From Eledone cirrhosa (taxonomy: Eukaryota), in contig OZ024742.1 of NCBI GenBank assembly GCA_964016885.1, forward strand, positions 375,348,001 to 375,412,000: 64,000 nucleotides of DNA. The letters run 5' to 3'. A model generated the notes under the pieces. It worked only from the letters and a program-made list of their open reading frames with translations, had not been told where the DNA came from and made no database searches. Positions 19,901-32,600 of the stretch are shown here, piece by piece (position 1 is the stretch's first letter; each line of letters begins with the position of its first letter). The position numbers and the translations under genes were made by a program.

Positions 19901-22380
19901 TTCTTCTGTGCTTTTGACTTCTTCTGTGCCTTTGTCTTCTTCTGTGCCTTTGACTTCTTCTGTGCTTTTGTTTTCTTCTGTGCTTTTGACTTCTTCTGTG
20001 CCTTTGACTTCTTCTGTGCTTTTGACTTATTCTGTGCCTTTGACTTCTTCTGTGCCTTTGACTTCTTCTGTGCTTTTGTTTTCTTCTGTGCCTTTGACTT
20101 CTTCTGTGCCTTTGACTTCTTCTGTGCATTTGACTTCTTCTGTGCTTTTGACTTCTTCTGTGCCTTTGACTTCTTCTGTGCCTTTGTCTTCTTCTGTGCC
20201 TTTGACGTCTTCTGTGCTTTTGTTTTCTTCTGTGCTTTTGACTTCTTCTGTGCCTTTGACTTCTTCTGTGTCTTTGACTTCTTCTGTGCTTTTGTTCTAT
20301 TCTGTGCTTTTGACTTCTTCTGTGCCTTTGACTTCTTCTGTGCCTTTGACTTCTTCTGTGCCTTTGACTTCTTCTGTGCTTTTGACTTCTTCTGTGCCTT
20401 TGACTTCTTCTGTGCTTTTGACTTCTTCTGTGCCTTTGACTTCTTCTGTGCCTTTGACTTCTTCTGTGCCTTTGACTTCTTCTGTGCCTTTGACTTCTTC
20501 TGTGCTTCTGACTTCTTCTGTGCCTTTGACTTCATCTGTGCTTTTGACTTCTTCTGTGCTTTTGACTTCTTCTGTGCCTTTGACTTCTTCTGTGCCTTTG
20601 ACTTCTTCTGTGCTTTTGACTTCTTCTGTGCCTTTGACTTCTTCCGTGCCTTTGACTTCTTCTCTGCTTTTGATTTCTTCTGTGCCTTTGACTTCTTCTG
20701 TGCCTTTGACTTCTTCTGTGCCTTTGTCTTCTTCTATGCTTTTGTTTTCTTCTGTGCCTTTGACTTCTTCTGTGCCTTTGACTTCTTCTGTGCATTTGAC
20801 TTCTTCTGTGCTTTTGACTTCTTCTGTGCCTTTGACTTCTTCTGTGCCTTTGTCTTCTTCTGTGCCTTTGACTTCTTCTGTGCCTTTGACTTCTTCTGTG
20901 CTTTTGTTTTCTTCTGTGCTTTTGAGTTCTTCTGTGCCTTTGACTTCTTCTGTGCTTTTGACTTCTTCTGTGCCTTTGACTTCTTCTGTGCCTTTGACTT
21001 CTTCTGTGCTTTTGACTTCTTCTGTGCCTTTCACTTCTTCTGTGCCTTTGTCTTCTTCTGTGCCTTTGACTTCTTCTGTGCCTTTGACTTCTTCTGTGCT
21101 TTTGTTTTCTTCTGTGCTTTTGACTTCTTCTGTGCCTTTGACTTCTTCTGTGCTTTTGACTTCTTCTGTGCCTTTGACTTCTTCTGTGACTTTGACTTCT
21201 TCTGTGCTTTTGTTTTCTTCTGTGCCTTTGACTTCTTCTGTGCCTTTGACTTCTTCTGTGCATTTGACTTCTTCTGTGCTTTTGACTTCTTCTGTGCCTT
21301 TGACTTCTTCTGTGCCTTTGACTTCTTCTGTGCTTTTGACTTCTTCTGTGCCTTTGACTTCTTCTGTGCTTTTGACTTCTTCTGTGCATTTGACTTCTTC
21401 TGTGCCTTTGACTTCTTCTGTGCCTTTGTCTTCTTCTGTGCCTTTGACTTCTTCTGTGCCTTTGACTTCTTCTGTGCTTTTGTTTTCTTCTGTGCTTTTG
21501 ACTTCTTCTGTGCCTTTGACTTCTTCTGTGCTTTTGACTTCTTCTGTGCCTTTGACTTATTCTGTGCCTTTGACTTCTTCTGTGCTTTTGTTTTCTTCTG
21601 TGCTTTTGACTTCTTCTGTGCCTTTGTCTTCTTCTGTGCCTTTGACTTCTTCTGTGCTTTTGACTTCTTCTGTGCCTTTGACTTCTTCTGTGCCTTTGAC
21701 TTCTTCTGTGCCTTTGACTTCTTCTCTGCTTTTGACTTCTTCTGTGCCTTTGACTTCTTCTGTGCCTTTGACTTCTTCTGTGCCTTTGTCTTCTTCTATG
21801 CTTTTGTTTTCTTCTGTGCCTTTGACTTCTTCTGTGCCTTTGACTTCTTCTGTGCATTTGACTTCTTCTGTGCTTTTGACTTCTTCTGTGCTTTTGTTTT
21901 CTTCTGTGCTTTTGACTTCTTCTGTGCCTTTGACTTCTTCTGTGCTTTTGACTTCTTCTGTGCCTTTGACTTCTTCTGTGCCTTTGACTTCTTCTGTGCT
22001 TTTGTTTTCTTCTGTGCCTTTGACTTCTTCTGTGCCTTTGACTTCTTCTGTGCATTTGACTTCTTCTGTGCTTTTGACTTCTTCTGTGCCTTTGACTTCT
22101 TCTGTGCCTTTGTCTTCTTCTGTGCCTTTGACTTCTTCTGTGCTTTTGTTTTCTTCTGTGCTTTTGACTTCTTCTGTGCCTTTGACTTCTTCTGTGCCTT
22201 TAACTTCTTCTGTGCTTTTGACTTCTTCTGTGCCTTTGACTTCTTCTGTGCCTTTGACTTCTTCTGTGCTTTTGACTTCTTCTGAGCCTTTGACTTCTGT
22301 GCCTTTGACTTCTTCTGTGCCTTTGTCCTCTTCTGTGCCTTTGACTTCTTCTGTGCCTTTGACTTCTTCTGTGCTCTTGA
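13930..22380. repeat. Higher-order duplication with a 5,944-bp offset; ends approximate
   Basis: ORF-track pairs 13934/19878, 14353/20297, 14588/20532. 5944 = 331x18 - 14, matching four 15-mers plus two 17-mers in between. Confidence 0.85.
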
Positions 22381-25300
22381 CTTCTTCTGTGCCTTTGTCT
22401 TCTTCTGTGCCTTTGACGTCTTTTGTGCTTTTGACTTCTTCTGTGCCTTTGACTTCTTCTGTGCCTTTGTCTTCTTCTGTGCCTTTGACTTCTTCTGTGC
22501 TTTTGTTTTCTTCTGTGCTTTTGACTTCTTCTGTGCCTTTGACTTCTTCTGTGCTTTTGTTTTCTTCTGTGCTTTTGACTTCTTCTGTGCCTTTGACTTC
22601 TTCTGTGCCTTTGTCTTCTTCTGTGCCTTTGACTTCTTCTGTGCTTTTGTTTTCTTCTGTGCTTTTGTTTTCTTCTGTGCCTTTGACTTCTTCTGTGCCT
22701 TTGACTTCTTCTGTGCATTTGACTTCTTCTGTGCTTTTGACTTCTTCTGTGCCTTTGACTTCTTCTGTGCCTTTGTCTTCTTCTGTGCCTTTGACTTCTT
22801 CTGTGCTTTTGTTTTCTTCTGTGCTTTTGACTTCTTCTGTGCCTTTGACTTCTTCTGTGCTTTTGTTTTCTTCTGTGCTTTTGACTTCTTCTGTGCCTTT
22901 GACTTCTTCTGTGCCTTTGTCTTCTTCTGTGCCTTTGACTTCTTCTGTGCTTTTGTTTTCTTCTGTGCTTTTGACTTCTTCTGTGCCTTTGACTTCTTCT
23001 GTGCCTTTAACTTCTTCTGTGCTTTTGACTTCTTCTGTGCCTTTGACTTCTTCTGTGCCTTTGTCTTCTTCTGTGCCTTTGACGTCTTTTGTGCTTTTGT
23101 TTTCTTCTGTTCCTTTGACTTCTTCTGTGCCTTTAACTTCTTCTGTGCCTTTGACTTCTTCTGTGCTTTTGACTTCTTCTGTGCCTTTGACTTCTTCTGT
23201 GCCTTTGACTTCTTCTGTGCCTTTGACTTCTTCTGTGCTTTTGACTTCTACTGTGCCTTTGACTTCTTCTGTGCCTTTGTCTTCTTCTGTGCCTTTGAAT
23301 TCTTCTGTGCTTTTGTTTTCTTCTGTGCTTTTGACTTCTTCTGTGCCTTTGACTTCTTCTGTGCCTTTAACTTCTTCTGTGCTTTTGACTTCTTCTGTGC
23401 CTTTGACTTCTTCTGTGCCTTTGACTTCTTCTGTGCTTTTGACTTCTTCTGTGCCTTTGACTTCTTCTGTGCCTTTGACTTCTTCTCTGCTTTTGACTTC
23501 TTCTGTGCCTTTGACTTCTTCTGTGCCTTTGACTTCTTCTGTGCCTTTGTCTTCTTCTGTGCCTTTGACTTCTTCTGTGCCTTTTACTTCTTCTGTGCTT
23601 TTGTTTTCTTCTGTGCTTTTGACTTCTTCTGTGCCTTTGACTTCTTCTGTGCTTTTGACTTCTTCTGTGCCTTTGACTTCTTCTGTGCCTTTGACTTCTT
23701 CTGTGCTTTTGACTTCTTCTGTGCCTTTGACTTCTTCTGTGCCTTTGTCTTCTTCTGTGCCTTTGACTTCTTCTGTGCCTTTGACTTCTTCTGTGCTTTT
23801 GTTTTCTTCTGTGCTTTTGACTTCTTCTGTGCCTTTGACTTCTTCTGTGCTTTTGACTTGTTCTGTGCCTTTGACTTCTTCTGTGACTTTGACTTCTTCT
23901 GTGCTTTTGTTTTCTTCTGTGCCTTTGACTTCTTCTGTGCCTTTGACTTCTTCTGTGCATTTGACTTCTTCTGTGCTTTTGACTTCTTCTCTGCCTTTGA
24001 CTTCTGTGCCTTTGTCTTCTTCTGTGCCTTTGACTTCTTCTGTGCTTTTGTTTTCTTCTGTGCTTTTGACTTCTTCTGTGCCTTTGACTTCTTCTGTGCC
24101 TTTAACTTCTTCTGTGCTTTTGACTTCTTCTGTGCCTTTGACTTCTTCTGTGCCTTTGACTTCTTCTGTGCTTTTGACTTCTTCTGTGCCTTTGACTTCT
24201 TCTGTGCCTTTGACTTCTTCTGTGCCTTTGTCTTCTTCTGTGCCCTTGACTTCTTCTGTGCCTTTGACTTCTTCTGTGCTTTTGTTTCCTTCTGTGCTTT
24301 TGACTTCTTCTGTGCCTTTGACTTCTTCTGTGCCTTTGACTTCTTCTGTGCCTTTGACTTCTTCTGTGCCTTTGACTTCTTCTGTGCTTTTGTTTTCTTC
24401 TGTGCCTTTGACTTCTTCTGTGCCTTTGATTTCTTCTGTGCCTTTGACTTCTTCTGTGCCTTTGACTTCTTCTGTGCTTTTGACTTCTTCTGTGCCTTTG
24501 ACTTCTTCTGTGGTTTTGACTTCTTCTGTGCCTTTGACTTCTTCTGTGCCTTTGTCTTCTTCTGTGCCTTTGACTTCGTCTGTGCTTTTGACTTCTTCTG
24601 TGCTTTTGACTTCTTCTGTGCCTTTGACTTCTTCTGTGCTTTTGTTTTCTTCTGTACTTTTGACTTCTTCTGTGCCTTTGACTTCTTCTCTGCCTTTGAC
24701 TTCTTCTGTGCTTTTGACTTCTTCTGTGCCTTTGACTTCTTCTGTGCCTTTGACTTCTTCTGTGCTTTTGACTTCTTCTGTGCTTTTGACTTCTTCTGTG
24801 CCTTTGAATTCTTCTGTGCCTTTAACTTCTTCTGTGCTTTTGACTTATTCTGTGCCATTGACTTCTTCTGTGCCCTTGACTTCTTCTGTGCATTTGACTT
24901 CTTCTGTGCCTTTGACTTCTTCTGTGCCTTTGACTTCTTCTGTGCCTTTGTCTTCTTCTGTGCCTTTGACTTCTTCTGTGCCTTTGACTTCTTCTGTGGT
25001 TTTGTTTTCTTCTGTGCTTTTGACTTCTTCTGTGCCTTTGACTTCTTCTGTGCCTTTGACTTCTTCTGTGCCTTTGTCTTCTTCTGTGCCTTTGACCTCT
25101 TCTGTGCCTTTGACTTCTTCTGTGCTTTTGTTTTCTTCTGTGCTTTTGACTTCTTCTGTGCCTTTGTCTTCTTCTGTGCCTTTGACTTCTTCTGTGCCTT
25201 TGACTTCTTCTGTGCCTTTGACTTCTTCTGTTCTTTTGACTTCTTCTGTGCCTTTGACTTCTACTGTGCCTTTGACTTCTTCTGTGCTTTTGTCTTCTTC

Positions 25301-26699
25301 TGTGCCTTTGACTTCTTCTGTGCTTTTGACTTCTTCTGTGCCTTTGACTTCTTCTGTGCTTTTGTTTTCTTCTGTGCCTTTGACTTCTTCTGTGCCTTTG
25401 ACTTCTTCTGTGCATTTGACTTCTTCTGTGCTTTTGACTTCTTCTGTGTCTTTGACTTCTTCTGTGCCTTTGTCTTCTTCTGTGCCTTTGACTTCTTCTG
25501 TGCCTTTGACTTCTTCTGTGCCTTTGACTTCTTCTGTGCTTTTGACTTCTTCTGTGCCTTTGACTTCTTCTGTGCCTTTGACTTCTTCTGTGCCTTTGTC
25601 TTCTTCTGTGCCTTTGACTTCTTCTGTGCCTTTGATTTCTTCTGTGCATTTGTTTTCCTCTGTGCTTTTGACTTCTTCTGTGCCTTTGACTTCTTCTGTG
25701 CCTTTGACTTCTTCTGTGCCTTTGACTTCTTCTGTGCTTTTGTTTTCTTCTGTGCCTTTGACTTCTTCTGTGCCTTTGTCTTCTGTGCCTTTGACTTCTT
25801 CTGTGCATTTGTTTTCTTCTGTGCTTTTGACTTCTTCTGTGCCTTTGACTTCTTCTGTGCCTTTGACTTCTTCTGTGCCTTTGACTTCTTCTGTGCTTTT
25901 GTTTTCTTCTGTGCCTTTGACTTCTTCTGTGCCTTTGTCTTCTGTGCCTTTGACTTCTTCTGTGCTTTTATTTTCTTCTGTGCTTTTGACTTCTTCTGTG
26001 CCTTTGACTTCTTCTGTGCCTTTGACTTCTTCAGTGCCTTTGACTTCTTCTGTGCCTTTGACTTCTTCTGTGCTTTTGACTTCTTCTGTGCCTTTGACTT
26101 CTTCTGTGCTTTTGACTTCTTCTGTGCATTTGACTTCTTCTGTGCCTTTGACTTCTTCTGTGCCTTTGTCTTCTTCTGTGCCTTTGACTTCTTCTGTGCC
26201 TTTGACTTCTTCTGTGCATTTGTTTTCTTCTGTGCTTTTGACTTCTTCTGTGCCTTTGACTTCTTCTGTGCTTTTGACTTCTTCTGTGCCTTTGACTTCT
26301 TCTGTGATTTGACTTCTTCTGTGCTTTTGTTTTCTTCTGTGCTTTTGACTTCTTCTGTGCCTTTGACTTCTTCTGTGCTTTTGACTTCTTCTGTGCATTT
26401 GACTTCTTCTGTGCCTTTGACTTCTTCTGTGCCTTTGTCTTCTTCTGTGCCTTTGACTTCTTCTGTGCTTTTGTTTTCTTCTGTGCTTTTGACTTCTTCT
26501 CTGCCTTTGACTTCTTCTGTGCCTTTGTCTTCTTCTGTGCCTTTGACTTCTTCTGTGCTTTTGTTTTCTTCTGTGCTTTTGACTTCTTCTGTGCCTTTGA
26601 CTTCTTCTGTGCCTTTAACTTCTTCTGTGCTTTTGACTTCTTCTGTGCCTTTGACTTCTTCTGTGCCTTTGACTTCTTCTGTGCTTTTGACTTCTTCTG

Positions 26700-29600
26700 A
26701 GCCTTTGACTTCTGTGCCTTTGACTTCTTCTGTGCCTTTGTCCTCTTCTGTGCCTTTGACTTCTTCTGTGCCTTTGACTTCTTCTGTGCTCTTGACTTCT
26801 TCTGTGCCTTTGACGTCTTTTGTGCTTTTGTTTTCTTCTGTTCCTTTGACTTCTTCTGTGCCTTTAACTTCTTCTGTGCCTTTGACTTCTTCTGTGCTTT
26901 TGACTTCTTCTGTGCCTTTGACTTCTTCTGTGCCTTTGACTTCTTCTGTGCCTTTGACTTCTTCTGTGCTTTTGACTTCTACTGTGCCTTTGACTTCTTC
27001 TGTGCCTTTGTCTTCTTCTGTGCCTTTGAATTCTTCTGTGCTTTTGTTTTCTTCTGTGCTTTTGACTTCTTCTGTGCCTTTGACTTCTTCTGTGCCTTTA
27101 ACTTCTTCTGTGCTTTTGACTTCTTCTGTGCCTTTGACTTCTTCTGTGCCTTTGACTTCTTCTGTGCTTTTGACTTCTTCTGTGCCTTTGACTTCTTCTG
27201 TGCCTTTGACTTCTTCTCTGCTTTTGACTTCTTCTGTGCCTTTGACTTCTTCTGTGCCTTTGACTTCTTCTGTGCCTTTGTCTTCTGCTGTGCCTTTGAC
27301 TTCTTCTGTGCCTTTGACTTCTTCTGTGCTTTTGTTTTCTTCTGTGCTTTTGACTTCTTCTGTGCCTTTGACTTCTTCTGTGCTTTTGACTTCTTCTGTG
27401 CCTTTGACTTCTTCTGTGCCTTTGACTTCTTCTGTGCTTTTGACTTCTTCTGTGCCTTTGACTTCTTCTGTGCCTTTGTCTTCTTCTGTGCCTTTGACTT
27501 CTTCTGTGCCTTTGACTTCTTCTGTGCTTTTGTTTTCTTCTGTGCTTTTGACTTCTTCTGTGCCTTTGACTTCTTCTGTGCTTTTGACTTGTTCTGTGCC
27601 TTTGACTTCTTCTGTGACTTTGACTTCTTCTGTGCTTTTGTTTTCTTCTGTGCCTTTGACTTCTTCTGTGCCTTTGACTTCTTCTGTGCATTTGACTTCT
27701 TCTGTGCTTTTGACTTCTTCTCTGCCTTTGACTTCTTCTTTGCCTTTGTCTTCTTCTGTGCCTTTGACTTCTTCTGTGCTTTTGTTTTCTTCTGTGCTTT
27801 TGACTTCTTCTGTGCCTTTGACTTCTTCTGTGCCTTTAACTTCTTCTGTGCTTTTGACTTCTTCTGTGCCTTTGACTTCTTCTGTGCCTTTGACTTCTTC
27901 TGTGCTTTTGACTTCTTCTGTGCCTTTGACTTCTTCTGTGCCTTTGACTTCTTCTGTGCCTTTGTCTTCTTCTGTGCCCTTGACTTCTTCTGTGCCTTTG
28001 ACTTCTTCTGTGCTTTTGTTTCCTTCTGTGCTTTTGACTTCTTCTGTGCCTTTGACTTCTTCTGTGCCTTTGACTTCTTCTGTGCCTTTGACTTCGTCTG
28101 TGCCTTTGACTTCTTCTGTGCTTTTGTTTTCTTCTGTGCCTTTGACTTCTTCTGTGCCTTTGATTTCTTCTGTGCCTTTGACTTCTTCTGTGCCTTTGAC
28201 TTCTTCTGTGCTTTTGACTTCTTCTGTGCCTTTGACTTCTTCTGTGGTTTTGACTTCTTCTGTGCCTTTGACTTCTTCTGTGCCTTTGTCTTCTTCTGTG
28301 CCTTTGACTTCGTCTGTGCTTTTGACTTCTTCTGTGCTTTTGACTTCTTCTGTGCCTTTGACTTCTTCTGTGCTTTTGTTTTCTTCTGTACTTTTGACTT
28401 CTTCTGTGCCTTTGACTTCTTCTCTGCCTTTGACTTCTTCTGTGCTTTTGACTTCTTCTGTGCCTTTGACTTCTTCTGTGCCTTTGACTTCTTCTGTGCT
28501 TTTGACTTCTTCTGTGCTTTTGACTTCTTCTGTGCCTTTGAATTCTTCTGTGCCTTTAACTTCTTCTGTGCTTTTGACTTATTCTGTGCCATTGACTTCT
28601 TCTGTGCCTTTGACTTCTTCTGTGCTTTTGACTTCTTCTGTGCCTTTGACTTCTTCTGTGCCTTTGACTTCTTCTGTGCCTTTGTCTTCTTCTGTGCCTT
28701 TGACTTCTTCTGTGCCTTTGACTTCTTCTGTGGTTTTGTTTTCTTCTGTGCTTTTGACTTCTTCTGTGCCTTTGACTTCTTCTGTGCCTTTGACTTCTTC
28801 TGTGCCTTTGTCTTCTTCTGTGCCTTTGACCTCTTCTGTGCCTTTGACTTCTTCTGTGCTTTTGTTTTCTTCTGTGCTTTTGACTTCTTCTGAGCCTTTG
28901 TCTTCTTCTGTGCCTTTGACTTCTTCTGTGCCTTTGACTTCTTCTGCTCTTTTGACTTCTTCTGTGCCTTTGACTTCTACTGTGCCTTTGACTTCTTCTG
29001 TGCTTTTGTCTTCTTCTGTGCCTTTGACTTCTTCTGTGCTTTTGACTTCTTCTGTGCCTTTGACTTCTTCTGTGCTTTTGTTTTCTTCTGTGCCTTTGAC
29101 TTCTTCTGTGCCTTTGACTTCTTCTGTGCATTTGACTTCTTCTGTGCTTTTGACTTCTTCTGTGTCTTTGACTTCTTCTGTGCCTTTGTCTTCTTCTGTG
29201 CCTTTGACTTCTTCTGTGCCTTTGACTTCTTCTGTGCCTTTGACTTCTTCTGTGCTTTTGTTTTCTTCTGTGCTTTTGACTTCTTCTGTGCCTTTGACTT
29301 CTTCTGTGCTTTTGACTTGTTCTGTGCCTTTGACTTCTTCTGTGACTTTGACTTCTTCTGTGCTTTTGTTTTCTTCTGTGCCTTTGACTTCTTCTGTGCC
29401 TTTGACTTCTTCTGTGCATTTGACTTCTTCTGTGCTTTTGACTTCTTCTGTGTCTTTGACTTCTTCTGTGCCTTTGTCTTCTTCTGTTCATTTGACTTCT
29501 TCTGTGCCTTTGACTTCTTCTGTGCCTTTGACTTCTTCTGTGCTTTTGACTTCTTCTGTGCCTTTGACTTCTTCTGTGCCTTTGACTTCTTCTGTGCCTT

Positions 29601-32600
29601 TGTCTTCTTCTGTGCCTTTGACTTCTTCTGTGCCTTTGATTTCTTCTGTGCATTTGTTTTCCTCTGTGCTTTTGACTTCTTCTGTGCCTTTGACTTCTTC
29701 TGTGCCTTTGACTTCTTCTGTGCCTTTGACTTCTTCTGTGCTTTTGTTTTCTTCTGTGCCTTTGACTTCTTCTGTGCCTTTGTCTTCTGTGCCTTTGACT
29801 TCTTCTGTGCATTTGTTTTCTTCTGTGCTTTTGACTTCTTCTGTGCCTTTGACTTCTTCTGTGCCTTTGACTTCTTCTGTGCCTTTGACTTCTTCTGTGC
29901 TTTTGTTTTCTTCTGTGCCTTTGACTTCTTCTGTGCCTTTGTCTTCTGTGCCTTTGACTTCTTCTGTGCTTTTATTTTCTTCTGTGCTTTTGACTTCTTC
30001 TGTGCCTTTGACTTCTTCTGTGCCTTTGACTTCTTCAGTGCCTTTGACTTCTTCTGTGCCTTTGACTTCTTCTGTGCTTTTGACTTCTTCTGTGCCTTTG
30101 ACTTCTTCTGTGCTTTTGACTTCTTCTGTGCCTTTGACTTCTTCTGTGCTTTTGACTTCTTCTGTGCATTTGACTTCTTCTGTGCCTTTGACTTCTTCTG
30201 TGCCTTTGTCTTCTTCTGTGCCTTTGACTTCTTCTGTGCCTTTGACTTCTTCTGTGCATTTGTTTTCTTCTGTGCTTTTGACTTCTTCTGTGCCTTTGAC
30301 TTCTTCTGTGCTTTTGACTTCTTCTGTGCCTTTGACTTCTTCTGTGATTTGACTTCTTCTGTGCTTTTGTTTTCTTCTGTGCTTTTGACTTCTTCTGTGC
30401 CTTTGTCTTCTTCTGTGCCTTTGACTTCTTCTGTGCTTTTGTTTTCTTCTGTGCTTTTGACTTCTTCTGTGCCTTTGACTTCTTCTGTGCCTTTGTCTTC
30501 TTCTGTGCCTTTGACTTCTTCTGTGCTTTTGTTTTCTTCTGTGCTTTTGACTTCTTCTGTGCCTTTGACTTCTTCTGTGCCTTTAACTTCTTCTGTGCTT
30601 TTGACTTCTTCTGTGCCTTTGACTTCTTCTGTGCCTTTGACTTCTTCTGTGCTTTTGACTTCTTCTGAGCCTTTGACTTCTGTGCCTTTGACTTCTTCTG
30701 TGCCTTTGTCCTCTTCTGTGCCTTTGACTTCTTCTGTGCCTTTGACTTCTTCTGTGCTCTTGACTTCTTCTGTGCCTTTGACGTCTTTTGTGCTTTTGTT
30801 TTCTTCTGTTCCTTTGACTTCTTCTGTGCCTTTAACTTCTTCTGTGCCTTTGACTTCTTCTGTGCTTTTGACTTCTTCTGTGCCTTTGACTTCTTCTGTG
30901 CCTTTGACTTCTTCTGTGCCTTTGACTTCTTCTGTGCTTTTGACTTCTACTGTGCCTTTGACTTCTTCTGTGCCTTTGTCTTCTTCTGTGCCTTTGAATT
31001 CTTCTGTGCTTTTGTTTTCTTCTGTGCTTTTGACTTCTTCTGTGCCTTTGACTTCTTCTGTGCCTTTAACTTCTTCTGTGCTTTTGACTTCTTCTGTGCC
31101 TTTGACTTCTTCTGTGCCTTTGACTTCTTCTGTGCTTTTGACTTCTTCTGTGCCTTTGACTTCTTCTGTGCCTTTGACTTCTTCTCTGCTTTTGACTTCT
31201 TCTGTGCCTTTGACTTCTTCTGTGCCTTTGACTTCTTCTGTGCCTTTGTCTTCTGCTGTGCCTTTGACTTCTTCTGTGCCTTTGACTTCTTCTGTGCTTT
31301 TGTTTTCTTCTGTGCTTTTGACTTCTTCTGTGCCTTTGACTTCTTCTGTGCTTTTGACTTCTTCTGTGCCTTTGACTTCTTCTGTGCCTTTGACTTCTTC
31401 TGTGCTTTTGACTTCTTCTGTGCCTTTGACTTCTTCTGTGCCTTTGTCTTCTTCTGTGCCTTTGACTTCTTCTGTGCCTTTGACTTCTTCTGTGCTTTTG
31501 TTTTCTTCTGTGCTTTTGACTTCTTCTGTGCCTTTGACTTCTTCTGTGCTTTTGACTTGTTCTGTGCCTTTGACTTCTTCTGTGACTTTGACTTCTTCTG
31601 TGCTTTTGTTTTCTTCTGTGCCTTTGACTTCTTCTGTGCCTTTGACTTCTTCTGTGCATTTGACTTCTTCTGTGCTTTTGACTTCTTCTCTGCCTTTGAC
31701 TTCTTCTTTGCCTTTGTCTTCTTCTGTGCCTTTGACTTCTTCTGTGCTTTTGTTTTCTTCTGTGCTTTTGACTTCTTCTGTGCCTTTGACTTCTTCTGTG
31801 CCTTTAACTTCTTCTGTGCTTTTGACTTCTTCTGTGCCTTTGACTTCTTCTGTGCCTTTGACTTCTTCTGTGCTTTTGACTTCTTCTGTGCCTTTGACTT
31901 CTTCTGTGCCTTTGACTTCTTCTGTGCCTTTGTCTTCTTCTGTGCCCTTGACTTCTTCTGTGCCTTTGACTTCTTCTGTGCTTTTGTTTCCTTCTGTGCT
32001 TTTGACTTCTTCTGTGCCTTTAACTTCTTCTGTGCTTTTGACTTCTTCTGTGCCTTTGACTTCTTCTGTGCCTTTGACTTCTTCTGTGCTTTTGACTTCT
32101 TCTGTGCCTTTGACTTCTTCTGTGCCTTTGACTTCTTCTGTGCCTTTGTCTTCTTCTGTGCCCTTGACTTCTTCTGTGCCTTTGACTTCTTCTGTGCTTT
32201 TGTTTCCTTCTGTGCTTTTGACTTCTTCTGTGCCTTTGACTTCTTCTGTGCCTTTGACTTCTTCTGTGCCTTTGACTTCGTCTGTGCCTTTGACTTCTTC
32301 TGTGCTTTTGTTTTCTTCTGTGCCTTTGACTTCTTCTGTGCCTTTGATTTCTTCTGTGCCTTTGACTTCTTCTGTGCCTTTGACTTCTTCTGTGCTTTTG
32401 ACTTCTTCTGTGCCTTTGACTTCTTCTGTGGTTTTGACTTCTTCTGTGCCTTTGACTTCTTCTGTGCCTTTGTCTTCTTCTGTGCCTTTGACTTCGTCTG
32501 TGCTTTTGACTTCTTCTGTGCTTTTGACTTCTTCTGTGCCTTTGACTTCTTCTGTGCTTTTGTTTTCTTCTGTACTTTTGACTTCTTCTGTGCCTTTGAC